A stretch of DNA of 64,000 bases from Emiliania huxleyi CCMP1516. Taxonomy: Eukaryota. The translations under genes were made by a program, and so were the position numbers. The DNA lies in the NCBI RefSeq assembly GCF_000372725.1, contig NW_005201287.1, forward strand, positions 961,081 to 1,025,080. The letters are read 5' to 3'. Each line of letters begins with the position of its first letter. Position 1 is the stretch's first letter. The notes below the pieces were generated by a model. The model was not told where the DNA came from and made no database searches. It saw only the letters and a program-made list of their open reading frames with translations. Positions 1-9,882 of this stretch are shown here, piece after piece.

Positions 1-441
1 GGCCCGGAGGCTACGCAGCTCGGCCTCGACGGACGCTTCGGCCGAGTCGAGTGCGCCGAGCGCCGAGCTGATCGCCTCGAGGTCGAGCTCCTCCGGGTCG
101 AGCGCCTCGGCGCTCAGCTCGACCTGCTCCGCCGCCGCCTCCGCGCTGCCGCCCGGCTCTGCCGCAGCCGTTGATCCACGGAACGACGAGTGGTCGTCGC
201 CGTCGAGTTCAGCTTGCCCGCCACTCTCCTCTGCCGCCGCCTCCCGCAGCAGCAACGCCTCCAGCGCCTTGTCGAGGGCCGCCGGAGAGGCGCATGCCGA
301 GGCGAGCGCACGGGCAGCCGAAGCGGTGGCGCTGCGCGGCGCGCCGGCACGAGCAGTCACTGAGGTGAGCGTCCCTTTGGGCGCGACGCCGACGGTGCTC
401 GTCGCCAGTGAAGCCTCGACTGCCGCGGACAGCGCTGGCAT
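1..441 (-). CDS. 5' part of a hypothetical Ala/Glu-rich, coiled-coil-like protein; runs off the window edge
   Basis: Minus frame is open from ATG at 441 to base 1: MPALSAAVEASLAT...AAEQVELSAEALDPEELDLEAISSALGALDSAEASVEAELRSLRA, with high-GC3 codon use. The start may lie further upstream. Confidence 0.45.
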   Translation of the reverse strand, partial: MPALSAAVEASLATSTVGVAPKGTLTSVTARAGAPRSATASAARALASACASPAALDKALEALLLREAAAEESGGQAELDGDDHSSFRGSTAAAEPGGSAEAAAEQVELSAEALDPEELDLEAISSALGALDSAEASVEAELRSLRA

Positions 442-837
442 GCCGATCAGGAACCACCACCACGGGGATGTCGTGTCGGTGAATGCTTCGCGGATGCGCG
501 CCAACTCTACGATCCTGCCTGTTTGAGCCACCCCGAGAAGAGGGTAGACGTATGTGCAGTGTGCAGATGGCCGAATTGACTTTTTGCTCTGGTTTTAAGG
601 CCCTGTTGGCTGTTGCACGTGTGCCTTACACACATGATCTCTCAACCGCAGGACCTTGGCTGGCGCAGAGTCCTTTGGCGCGGGCTCTCTCGGCTACGGG
701 ACGGGCCCCAGGTTCGGCTGAGGGCTGACAAGTTGACAAGCTGCCGCGGGCCCAAATCACGGGAAGGGCAAAAAAACGACCAAGCACCGAGTTTGTAGGC
801 CGGACCACGGCGCGTCGCGCCCATACCACAGACGCGT

Positions 838-1377
838 ATGCTCTCTCTCGCCATCCTCGCGCCGCTGTCGTGGCCACCGGACCCGCCATCGCTGCCGCCG
901 CGTCCGCCGCCGGCGCTGCCGACCTGCACCGGCGGCGCGTTTAAGCAAGAGGAACGCAGGGCTTTTGAGGTGTTGGCACGCCTGCTTGGGCGAATGCAGC
1001 GGTCTTGTATCTCCAGACGGAGAAGAAAGCCCGAACCCCGACCAGGGCGCGTTCTCTGGCGCGGGATCAAGGGGGTCGAGGCGCCAGAAAGGTTCGTCTC
1101 GAGAGGCGGGACTGAGCTGGCGCCGATGTCTACGACATCGGATCTGCGGGTCGCCGTGCGATATGCCAGAGGCGTATCGAAGTCGCTCATTTTCATGTTG
1201 CGCGTCGACAACTTCATGCAAGAGGGCGCTGACCTGGCGTTCCTCTCTGCGTTCCCGCAGGAGCGCGAATTCCTGTACCCGCCCCTGACCTTTCTGGCGC
1301 CGCTCAAGACCCACCACCTTCGACACGACGGGACTCAGTACACTATCCTTGAGGTAGTTCCTCACTACCCTTCTTGA
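838..1377 (+). CDS. NAD+:arginine ADP-ribosyltransferase (ART, R-S-E class) domain protein
   Basis: Motifs VLWRG (catalytic R), MSTTSD (S-T-T/S) and SAFPQEREFLYPP (E-x-E) occur in the canonical order. Confidence 0.8.
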   Translation: MLSLAILAPLSWPPDPPSLPPRPPPALPTCTGGAFKQEERRAFEVLARLLGRMQRSCISRRRRKPEPRPGRVLWRGIKGVEAPERFVSRGGTELAPMSTTSDLRVAVRYARGVSKSLIFMLRVDNFMQEGADLAFLSAFPQEREFLYPPLTFLAPLKTHHLRHDGTQYTILEVVPHYPS

Positions 1378-1758
1378 CTCTTCTTCTTCTCTCCACCGGG
1401 CACCCCACATGAGCGCATCCAACCACTCCTCTACTCGTCTCAAAGTTCATGCCGCGCTCGAGGCAGTCGCCAGTCGCTCTCTTAGTACTCGCACTGCGTA
1501 GAGCCGCGTTGCGCGTACAGTTCTTGACTTCGCACAGTGTTACGGTAGTTAGAGTGACACACTGTTTTACTTTTAGAGAGCACACACAGCGAATGGAGAG
1601 TGTGGACTGTCTATTCGCTCTCTCTCGGCGCGTGTGCTTGAAAAAGCGGTGTACGTAACGAGACGTGTGTCACAAAAATTGCTAGTGTACGTGGACGGTG
1701 TGCATACACACAGCTCACAAGCCAACACGGACGTCGTGTCCTGACGAAACGGTTAATT

Positions 1759-4700
1759 CTAGCTCCCCCGACGCAGCACAGGCGGCTTGGTCACCCAAAG
1801 CTGCCCTGCACTATCCCTATCGACCAGCGGAGTGCTCCCGGCGGCCCACAAGTGGCCCGCGTGCCGGCGGTGCGTGTGGACGCTCTGCCAATGGGACTCG
1901 CGCGCAATACCATGCCAGCGACTGCGCGGCACGACAACCGGCGCCCGGGCAAGTAAGCGCGACGCGCTGCCGGGCGCGTAGCCGCCGCCGCGGGCGGCGG
2001 CATTGGCGGCGGCCCCAAAGAGGACGGTGTTGCGAGAGAGTGCGTCGAGCTCGGCGTCCATCTTGTCGAGCCGCACCTTTGACGTCTGCGCGCGCAGCTT
2101 GCTTCTCGGGGTGCGAGGCTTGAACGTGCGGCGACGCGGCGCCGGCGGCCTCCATTCCGGCAGCGTCCTCTGCTCGCGCATCTCGTCGAGCACGGCGCGC
2201 GCCTCGGCGAGCCTGCCCGCCTGACCGGGTGACAACAACAGAGTCAGAGGACTCCTTCATTCGGTGCGCCTCGGGCGAGCCCGGCCCGCCTCGTAGAGCT
2301 CGCTGATCAGGTCCTGCTCCCGAGTCGCGTTTGGCGCGAGCAGCAAGCCTGACGGGAGAGAGATGAGCGGCCCTCGCCCCACGGCCGCTCGGTCTCGGCT
2401 GCCTCTCGGCTGCCTCTCGCTCTCGCGCCGTGAGCGCGGCCCGCCGCGAGCAGCGAGACGGCGTCCTCCACAGCGCCGCTCAGCGTGAAGCCGAGGACGA
2501 GCTCTTGGCCAAACGTCCTCTGCACCTCGGGCGCGAGCCAGCGGCTCGACGCGCTGAAGATGGCGCGGCCCGCCTCGAGCAGCTGCCTGTTTGCGGGCCG
2601 CCCGCCCGACGGCATCACAGCGCCGACCAAGTACTGCACCGCGCCTGACAGACGCCACCGACACCAGTGACTGGGCAAGGCTCCACCTGCGGGTCAGTCT
2701 GCTGCACCGACGCCGTTCTGCTCGGCCGGGTTGGCCGCCGGCAGCAGCCCCGAGCGGACGCCCCACCGGAAGACCTGAGGGGCGTGTCCCGGGACGGTTC
2801 ATGGACGTGTCCTCGGGGCCGAGTAGAGGAGTCCCGCCGGAACGCCTCGAGGGCGAGCGGCGCGTCCGCGTGCAGCTCGCAGCCGCGCAGCAGCGTCATC
2901 AGCCCGACGATGCACGCGAGGTCGGCGCGGTACGCGCGGGTGAGCTCCGCGTACCTAATTAAAATCTTCATAATCATCACCGATTTAATATTATTTAATC
3001 AGGCGCGGGTGGGCTCCGCGTACCCGGTGCGCAGCAGCCCGGCATTGCGGCAAGCGAGCATCACCTACTCGCAGCCTTCTGCTCCTCGATGGAGAGCTGT
3101 CTGTGGAGGGCCTGTGGCACGCGAGCGTCGCCGTCGCGACGTGCGGCGGGTCGAGCACCTATTAAACAATATCAACACTACTCACCTTTTTAAGATTATT
3201 TAATTAGTCGCGACGTGCGGCGGGTCGAGCACTTTCCCGCCCTCCTCCTCGACCTCGTGCAGCAGCGTCACCGCCAACGTTGCGTCCGCCGCGCGCGCGC
3301 ACGCGACGAGCGCCGCAGACAGCAGCTGCCGGTGCTCGTTGACCTGCGTCGCACTCAGCTTCCCGCTGGCGCCGCGCCGCAGCCGAGGAGCGACGCGCGC
3401 GCGCCGGTAGAGGGCGACGGCGTCGGAGGCGGCGCCGCGGGAGCCGTGCGCGCGGATGGCCTGGTCGACGTCCCACCGTCTGCTAATTAGGAGAGAGTGC
3501 GCCAGGGAGAGTCCCCCCCCCGGAGAGCCCCCCCCCCCCCGTTTCTGCGCCCCGTTCTCCGCCGCCGCCAACCCTCCCGGGGAGAGCTAGCTCGCCTCCG
3601 CCTACTCCTAGCCTCGCCTCCGCCTACTCCTAGCCTCGCCTCCGCCTACTCCTAGCCTCGCCTCCGCCTACTCCTAGCCTCGCCTCCGCCGCAGAAGAGA
3701 CGCCCTCGCCGTACAGACGCTCCTCGAAGAGGCGGGCGCCTACGCGTACGCATCGGGAAGGGTCGTGGAGGGTGGCAGCGGGGGCCCGCTCCTTCCCAAG
3801 AGAGGCGGCGGCCGAGGGACGGCTCGATCCGCACGAGACCCGACTCGGCGCTCGCCATCATCAGCCTAAGGGCGCCGAGTCGCGCGAGTGGCGCGGCGAT
3901 GTGCGCGAGGAGGAGTGCGCCGGAGGGGGAGGGAGGGAGAGCCGGGTGAGGGTCCGGCTGAGGACGCGAAGCCCGCGCTCCGATGCAGACTGCCACAGAG
4001 CGAGCGCCTCGTCGCCTCTGCCGGCGAAGACGAGCGCCTCGAGAAAGAGGCACATCGGCCTACAGGAGAAGTCGAGGGGCAGCTCCGAGCACGGCTCCTG
4101 GAGGCGCGTCTCGCGGAGGCGGCTCCCCGGCCTACACCACCACAACCACCGCGCGGGTGACGGCCTGCCTCCCGCGGCCACTTGCAGGGGCAGTCTCCCT
4201 CGCACCGCTGCTGCAGAGGGATGTGTCTAGGAGGTGTCTAGGAGGTGTCTAGGAGGTGTCTAGGAAGTGTCTAGGAGGTGTCTAGGGAGTGTCTCCCTCG
4301 CACCGCTGCTGCAGAGGGATGTGCAGAGTGCGGCACGAGTGCGAGTAGATCTGCAGCGCGGTGCTGACGTCGCCTAGGGCCAGGGCCGGGGCCGAGGTCG
4401 GGCGTCAGGTGAGGAGAGCTGCGACGAAGTGCTGATGTCGCCGCTGATCGCGCAGACGGAGAGGAGCGGGTTGAGGACCTCCGCCGCAGCATCCGCCTCG
4501 GACAACCCTCCCTCCTCGGCGCCGCCCTCCGTTGCCGGGCGCAACTCAGCCGTGTTACCAGCCTCGTCAATACCCTGCTTGCCGCCGCCCCGCGCGCCGC
4601 CCTCCGCGCCGCCCCCGGGCCGAGGCAGGACGGAGAGGCCGCAGTCCATCCGCAGGTGCTCCACCACCTACAGGAGGAGATACGAGCCTCGCGGCAAGGT

Positions 4701-5486
4701 GCCTCTGCGCACTGCGACCCCCGCCGCTCGACCGCCAAAAAGGCGATGCGCAGCAGCAGCTCCTCGTGCTCGAGCGGCTCGCCGCCGACGACGCCCCACT
4801 CGTCGCTCCCGCTGAGGAAGAGCTCCGCGCTCTCCACCTACCAGCCTCACACCGCCGCCTCGCCCTCCCGGCACGCCGCAGGCGAGGCTGCCGCAGCCGC
4901 TCGCCTCGGCCGCGGCACTCCTCGCCGCCTCGCCTCGCCTCGCCGCCTCCTCGTCGCGCCGCGACGCGTCGGTCGACGAGAAGAGCTCGCGGTACGGGTC
5001 GCTCTCCTCCCACACGTCCGGCGGCGTGGGCGGCAGCCTCAGGTCGAACCGGTAACCCTCGCTCATCTGGCGGAGCAGCGAGGCGGCAAAGCCGGGCGTG
5101 CAGCGCGTCAGGCGGGCGCTGCGGTGCCTGAGGTAGAGCTCGCCGGCGAGGCTGCCCTGGCCGAGCTCACAGCAGTTGCGGAACGCGGTTTGCATCGCCG
5201 TATTCAGGTAGTCGTTTGACTTTTGATTGCGATGAGCCTCCGACGCCAATCCGATGGCGGCGTCCCTCTGCCTGACGGCGTCCTCCATCTCGAGGAAGAG
5301 GCGGCGCACCAGCCGCTCGTTGAGGCGGAGGAGGCCCTCGGCAAGCGGGTCGGGCGGCTCGTCGTCCTCGCGTCCTAGGCTTGGCGCCGGAGGAGGAGGC
5401 CGCAGGGCGACGCTGCAGAGGTTCGCTGCATGCCGGCGCGATCGGCGGCCAGCGTCCCCGGAGGCCACTCGCAGCAGCCGGAGCAT
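1759..5486 (-). CDS. Multi-exon (roughly 14 introns) PPR-like alpha-solenoid protein, probably organelle-targeted
   Basis: The spliced reading gives PPR-like helices: LISELYE|AGRLAEARAVLDEMRE, LLSAALVACARAADATLAVTLLHEVEEEG, VLDPPHVAT|VMLACRNAG, LEALVFAGRGDEALALW. The N-terminus is Arg-rich (MLRLLRVASG). Removing short GC/GT-AG introns restores the frame. Confidence 0.65.
3591..3690. repeat. 22-bp tandem repeat (CCTAGCCTCGCCTCCGCCTACT)n, about 4.5 copies, intronic
   Basis: Visible directly in the sequence. Confidence 0.9.
4226..4290. repeat. 11-bp tandem repeat (GTGTCTAGGAG)x~6 between identical 33-bp direct repeats (4193-4225 and 4291-4323)
   Basis: Visible directly; lies in a predicted GC-AG intron at 4227-4324 (minus). 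Confidence 0.9.
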
Positions 5487-5649
5487 GCCGCACCGGACAC
5501 AGCCCGGCAGAGGGCTTAGCAGCGTCGGAGGAAGCAGGATCAGGCTGGGCAAGTGCCTTCGTGCCTTCTCGCGGCGCAAGACGGCGCCGGTCGTGGAAAG
5601 TTCAAGCTGGACCGTTTCTTTCTGTGTGTGTTGGAACTATGTTAGGTAA

Positions 5650-6138
5650 TTGCCTGGAACTAGCTTGCCGAACTTGAGCTCTGTTGCTCGCGCCACCGCC
5701 TGCAGACCTTCTGGAATGCGCTTCACCGCCGGCTGCCTGCCACCGCTCCACTCCGCGGTCCGAACGACGGTCCCGAGCATGGCGAGCCCGCTCGACGCCG
5801 TGGCCACGCCGCTCACCAAGTTTCAGGGGAGCGGCGTCTCCAACAGCAACCCGCTTGCCGACGCGCCGTTTGAGGTGCTGGCTCTCTTTGCCGTCATCCT
5901 CCTGGCCGGCGTCGGCGGCCTAGTTCGCGCCTCGGGCGTGCTCTCGTCGGCGGCTCCGACTGTCGGTCTTGGAGAGAGCCGCGAGGAGCTCAAGGAGGAG
6001 GCGCAGCAGGCTGCGACCGAGGAGGCGGAGATGACGCAGGCGGAGAAGGAGGCGATGTACTTCAAAGAGATTCGTAGCGAGCTGGCAGCGAAGCGCGGCG
6101 GCTCGGGAAAGAAGCGAAAAAAGGCGCGCAAGAAGTAG
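5650..6138 (+). CDS. Small single-TM protein with a Lys-rich C-terminus, possibly plastid-targeted; start uncertain
   Basis: Hydrophobic segment FEVLALFAVILLAGVGGLV, then an acidic helix and the tail GKKRKKARKK. Confidence 0.6.
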   Translation: MPGTSLPNLSSVARATACRPSGMRFTAGCLPPLHSAVRTTVPSMASPLDAVATPLTKFQGSGVSNSNPLADAPFEVLALFAVILLAGVGGLVRASGVLSSAAPTVGLGESREELKEEAQQAATEEAEMTQAEKEAMYFKEIRSELAAKRGGSGKKRKKARKK

Positions 6139-6290
6139 CGCAGGAGGGTCCTGTTCTTGAGGTCATGCTTGAGGTTGCACGCGGTGGTCGAAAAATATGT
6201 GCGTCATTAAACATGCACATGTATGTGGGAGGCGCGCGGAACACACGGTACACACGCACACACGCACCTCATCTGTTTAAAAACATCCTC

Positions 6291-8287
6291 TCAGCACGCC
6301 TCTTGCTGTGCTGCGTGCGCGGTCTCGTGCGGCGGCGGCGGCACGACGAGCTGCGGCTCGCCGGGCACCGTGAGTGAGGCGGTGCAGGGCGGCGTGATCG
6401 CCACCAGCGGCGCGGAGTACGGGCTTCCGCCGGGGCCGCCGCTGCTGCGGGGCCCGCTGCTGCGGGGCCCGCTGCTGCGGGGCCCGCTGCCGCACCGGTC
6501 TGTGTTTGCGCGACTGTTGATCACGCGTCCCGCGGACGACCAGTCCATCAGCAAGCAGTAGGTCAGGCCGAAGAGGGCGAGCGGCGCCTGGGCGATGGTC
6601 GTGGCGCCGACGCAGAAGGCCAGCTTGCGAGGCACGGAGGAGGTGGCGAGGTCGGTGAGGGCGAGGGCGCCGACGACGGGCGAGGCGACGGCGTAGAAGC
6701 AGAAGAAGGTTGCTCCGATCGAGAGGAGCGGCTTGCCGAGCGGCACGAAGAGGCACATCGAGCAGATCGAGAGGATGCGGGTCTGCATGTGCGGCAGCAG
6801 CACCCAGAGGATGGCGCCAAAGGCGTCTCGAACCGCCTCGTCGTTGCTGACGGCGTGGGTGACGGCGCCGCTCGCGGCGAGGAGCGCGACGTTGTACGCC
6901 GCCACCAGCACCGACGCGATGCCGATGAGGAGGAAGAAGGCCTTCTTGGCGCCCGGGTCGCGCTTCCCGAGCAGGGTCATCGTGCGGACAGAGACCACCT
7001 GGATCCAGCCCTGCTGCGCGGCGGAGAGGGCCTGCGGACATGGCGTGGACGTGTCATCGACATGTCGTGGACGCGACCCGAGGATCCAGCCGTGCTGTGC
7101 GGCAGGCCTCTAACCCTAACCCTAACCCTAACCCTAGCCCTAGCCCTGCTGCGCGGCGGGCCTGCTCGCACTGCACCCAAATGGCTCCCGCCGCCACTTG
7201 CGCGGTCGAGACGCCCCGCACGTTGGTGAGCGCAACCAGCTGCAGCTCGAAGATGAGCCAGCCCGAAAAGTTCGACGCGATCTGCGGCAGCGTGAGCCGC
7301 GCGAACTCGCACACCTCCCTGCGGCTGAAGAGGGGCGCGTGCTGCTTGCCGCGCGGCAAGAAGAGCGGCAGGAGGCCGAACCACCACGCGAGGCCGCACC
7401 ACACCACGATCCGCGAGGCGCGCACCGTGCTCCACGCGACGGCGGCGCCGAGCACGCCCCACCGCCAGCGGTAGATGAAGGCGTACCTAGGTGAAGGCGT
7501 CAGTGGCCGTTCTTAGTCAGGCGCCGAGCAGGCCCCACCGCCAGCGGCAGAGAGAGGCGCGCGAGCAGAGCACGTCCAGGCCGAGCCCGGTGAGCAGCGA
7601 GTTGAGCGAGGCCTAGGGTTAGGGTTAGGGTTAGGGTTAGGGTCAGGGTTAGCCGAGCCCGGTGAGCAGCGAGTTGAGCGAGGCCGAGCGAGCGTAGCCG
7701 CACGAGACGAAGACGGCTTCGATCTGGATGTCGAGCAGCAGCAGCAGCGCGCCGCCCGCCATGACACGCGTGTACGTCCCCACGGCGGCGGCGATGCTCG
7801 GCTCGACGCCGACGCACCGCAGGACGGGCGCAGAGACAAACTGGAGAGCGCACGAGGGCAGGCAAGAGAGGGCCGCGAGGACGACGGCGCGCCGGAAGTA
7901 GTGCGGTATCCGGTCCCTGCGGCTCGCGCCGATGCACCCGGGCAGCACGTTCCACAGGTAGGCGCTCAGGCCGAGCATCACCATCAGCATCGAAACGTTG
8001 AAGTAGACCCGCCCGTAGCCGAGCGCCGACTGCAGGTGCGCCGAGTCGGGCGTGGAACCCGCAAAGAACATGGTGATGAGAGGCGGTGCGCCCCACTCGA
8101 GGATGGCAGACAGGCAAAGCGGCACGCCCTGGCTGAAGAAGAAGCGCAGCTCGTTGCGAAGGCTGTACGGCGGCTCCTCGGCGCTGCTGCTGGCCGGCTC
8201 GGCCGCGGCGGACTCCTCCGCTTCGGGAAGCATGGTCTCGCGCTGCGTCTCGCGACAGGGGCTGTCGGGCGACAGGAGCTGCGACAT
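6291..8287 (-). CDS. MATE (MatE) family efflux transporter, 3 introns (7613-7684, 7487-7562, 7032-7161)
   Basis: Multiple TM segments; MATE-like motifs LRNELRFFFSQGVP, YAFIYRWRWGVLGAAVA, EFARLTLP...WLIFE, SVRTMTLLGK. The frame is restored by GC-AG introns. Confidence 0.85.
7111..7146. repeat. Interstitial telomeric repeat (CCCTAA/CCCTAG)x6 in a MATE intron
   Basis: taaccctaaccctaaccctaaccctagccctagccc. Confidence 0.95.
7614..7651. repeat. Interstitial telomeric repeat (TTAGGG)x~6 flanked by an identical 34-bp direct repeat (7580-7613, 7652-7685)
   Basis: Visible directly in the sequence. Confidence 0.95.
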
Positions 8288-8964
8288 GATCCGTCTCTGC
8301 CGTCGCGGTCGGACGGTCCTGCTCGGTCGGTCGTGGTCACGGTTCGGGCTCCCTACTCGAGTGAGGCGGGCTCCAACTGTAGGGTGGTCGGACTGTCTAT
8401 TGGGATCGACCCCAGCTATGGGCTCGAGAGTACTGTTGTACGTACTTTTAGCTTACTGGGAGAAAAGAGAGAGGGGGGTTGTGTTCTCTAGGCCCCTAGG
8501 GTTAGGGTTAGCTCTCTCTGTTGTAGGCCAGGTTGAGGAGATTACACGATCCCGGCGTGAGCAGGACTAACTGAGGGATCCGCTCCTGACAGTGGCATGC
8601 ACTGCGCTGCGGCGCGTGCCACTGTCTTTGTTTGAAGTTAAAAGTCGAATCAGAGCGCCGTCGGCCGTCGGCGCTGTCCCTCGTTTTCCTCCCACGGACC
8701 GCCCGTCCGGCACCGCTCGCTCCGGGACGCACGCCGGCGAAGCACCATCAAGCTGCTGTACGGCCCCGGCATCGCCTCCCCTGGCTTAGCTAGACTGAGA
8801 GACCATTGTGCACATGGTTGGTCTCTACAATATATACACTGACACTAAACCTCCCAGAGCTCGTCCCGGTCCGTCACGGCCATCCTCGGCCTCCGGAGGG
8901 CCCCCGACCGCGGCGCGGTGTGGCGGCGTCACAAATCCGACCACAGAGCACCACGAAACCACGA

Positions 8965-9463
8965 CTAAGGTGCCCACAGGGTCCAAAAAAGAAAGGAAAA
9001 AAGAAATGGGGCAAGCCCCATCGCAGCACTTCGTGTTGGAGAGTCGAGATATTGAGATTGTGACTAGGAGGAAGGGACGCTGGCGATTCTCAAAGGTATA
9101 CCCTTGGAATGGCCGGATCCAGCCTTGAAAGTACGAGATCGCGCGCGCTTCGCGCGCTGCACCGCCTGTTCTCCGCGGCTGAGTGACGACGCGTGCCGTG
9201 TGCCAGCAGAGTTGGGCGCGCGCGGCGCCGTCGGCGCCGGTGAGGGAAGGCGCGGGTGCAGCGGCCGCCGGCGGTCGTACCGCTCGCCGGCCAGGCAGCG
9301 CAGCAGCGGCCAGCGCAGCGGCCGCTGGCGCAGCAGCCAGAGCAGCCGGTGCGCGCCTTGCGAGGCGAGTACTGCCGCCCGGCAGCCTTGAGGCGGCCAG
9401 GCGGCAGTACTCGTTCGAATGTTGCGAGCCGTGCGCGCGCCGAGGCGCGCGCGGCGCGCGCCC
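8965..9463 (+). mobile_element. Dispersed ~500-bp repeat family A, copy 1 (probable non-autonomous element)
   Basis: Near-identical, same orientation, to 53000-53499 (e.g. ggggcaagccccatcgcagcacttcgtgt...aaaggtatacccttggaatggccggatccagccttgaaagtacgag). Confidence 0.75.
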
Positions 9464-9632
9464 TGGCCCATAACACCGCCCGGGCACAGACTCCCTACCC
9501 GTCGGATCACACAGGGGCCCCTCAGAGCAGCCCACACGATCACACACTCACACACACACATCACTGTGAGAGTCGTGATTTCTTGAGCATTTTCAAAAAT
9601 CTCTCTCTCACACAGGTGCGTGCTTCTCTCTC

Positions 9633-9798
<166 letters not shown>

Positions 9799-9882
9799 CT
9801 TTCGGTGCTTTTCTCTTTCTTTGTAAAATTTACGACAGAACCTTCCACGTCTACGCGCGAACACAGCTATTTCAGCGCTTTC

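Noticed and set aside
6438..6492. 15-bp tandem repeat as another intron filler
   Set aside because: It is in frame (SSGPR repeats) in the MATE C-terminal tail, and no splice signals are needed.
8497..8511. Telomeric intron upstream of MATE
   Set aside because: Only about 2 TTAGGG units, with no flanking duplication visible.
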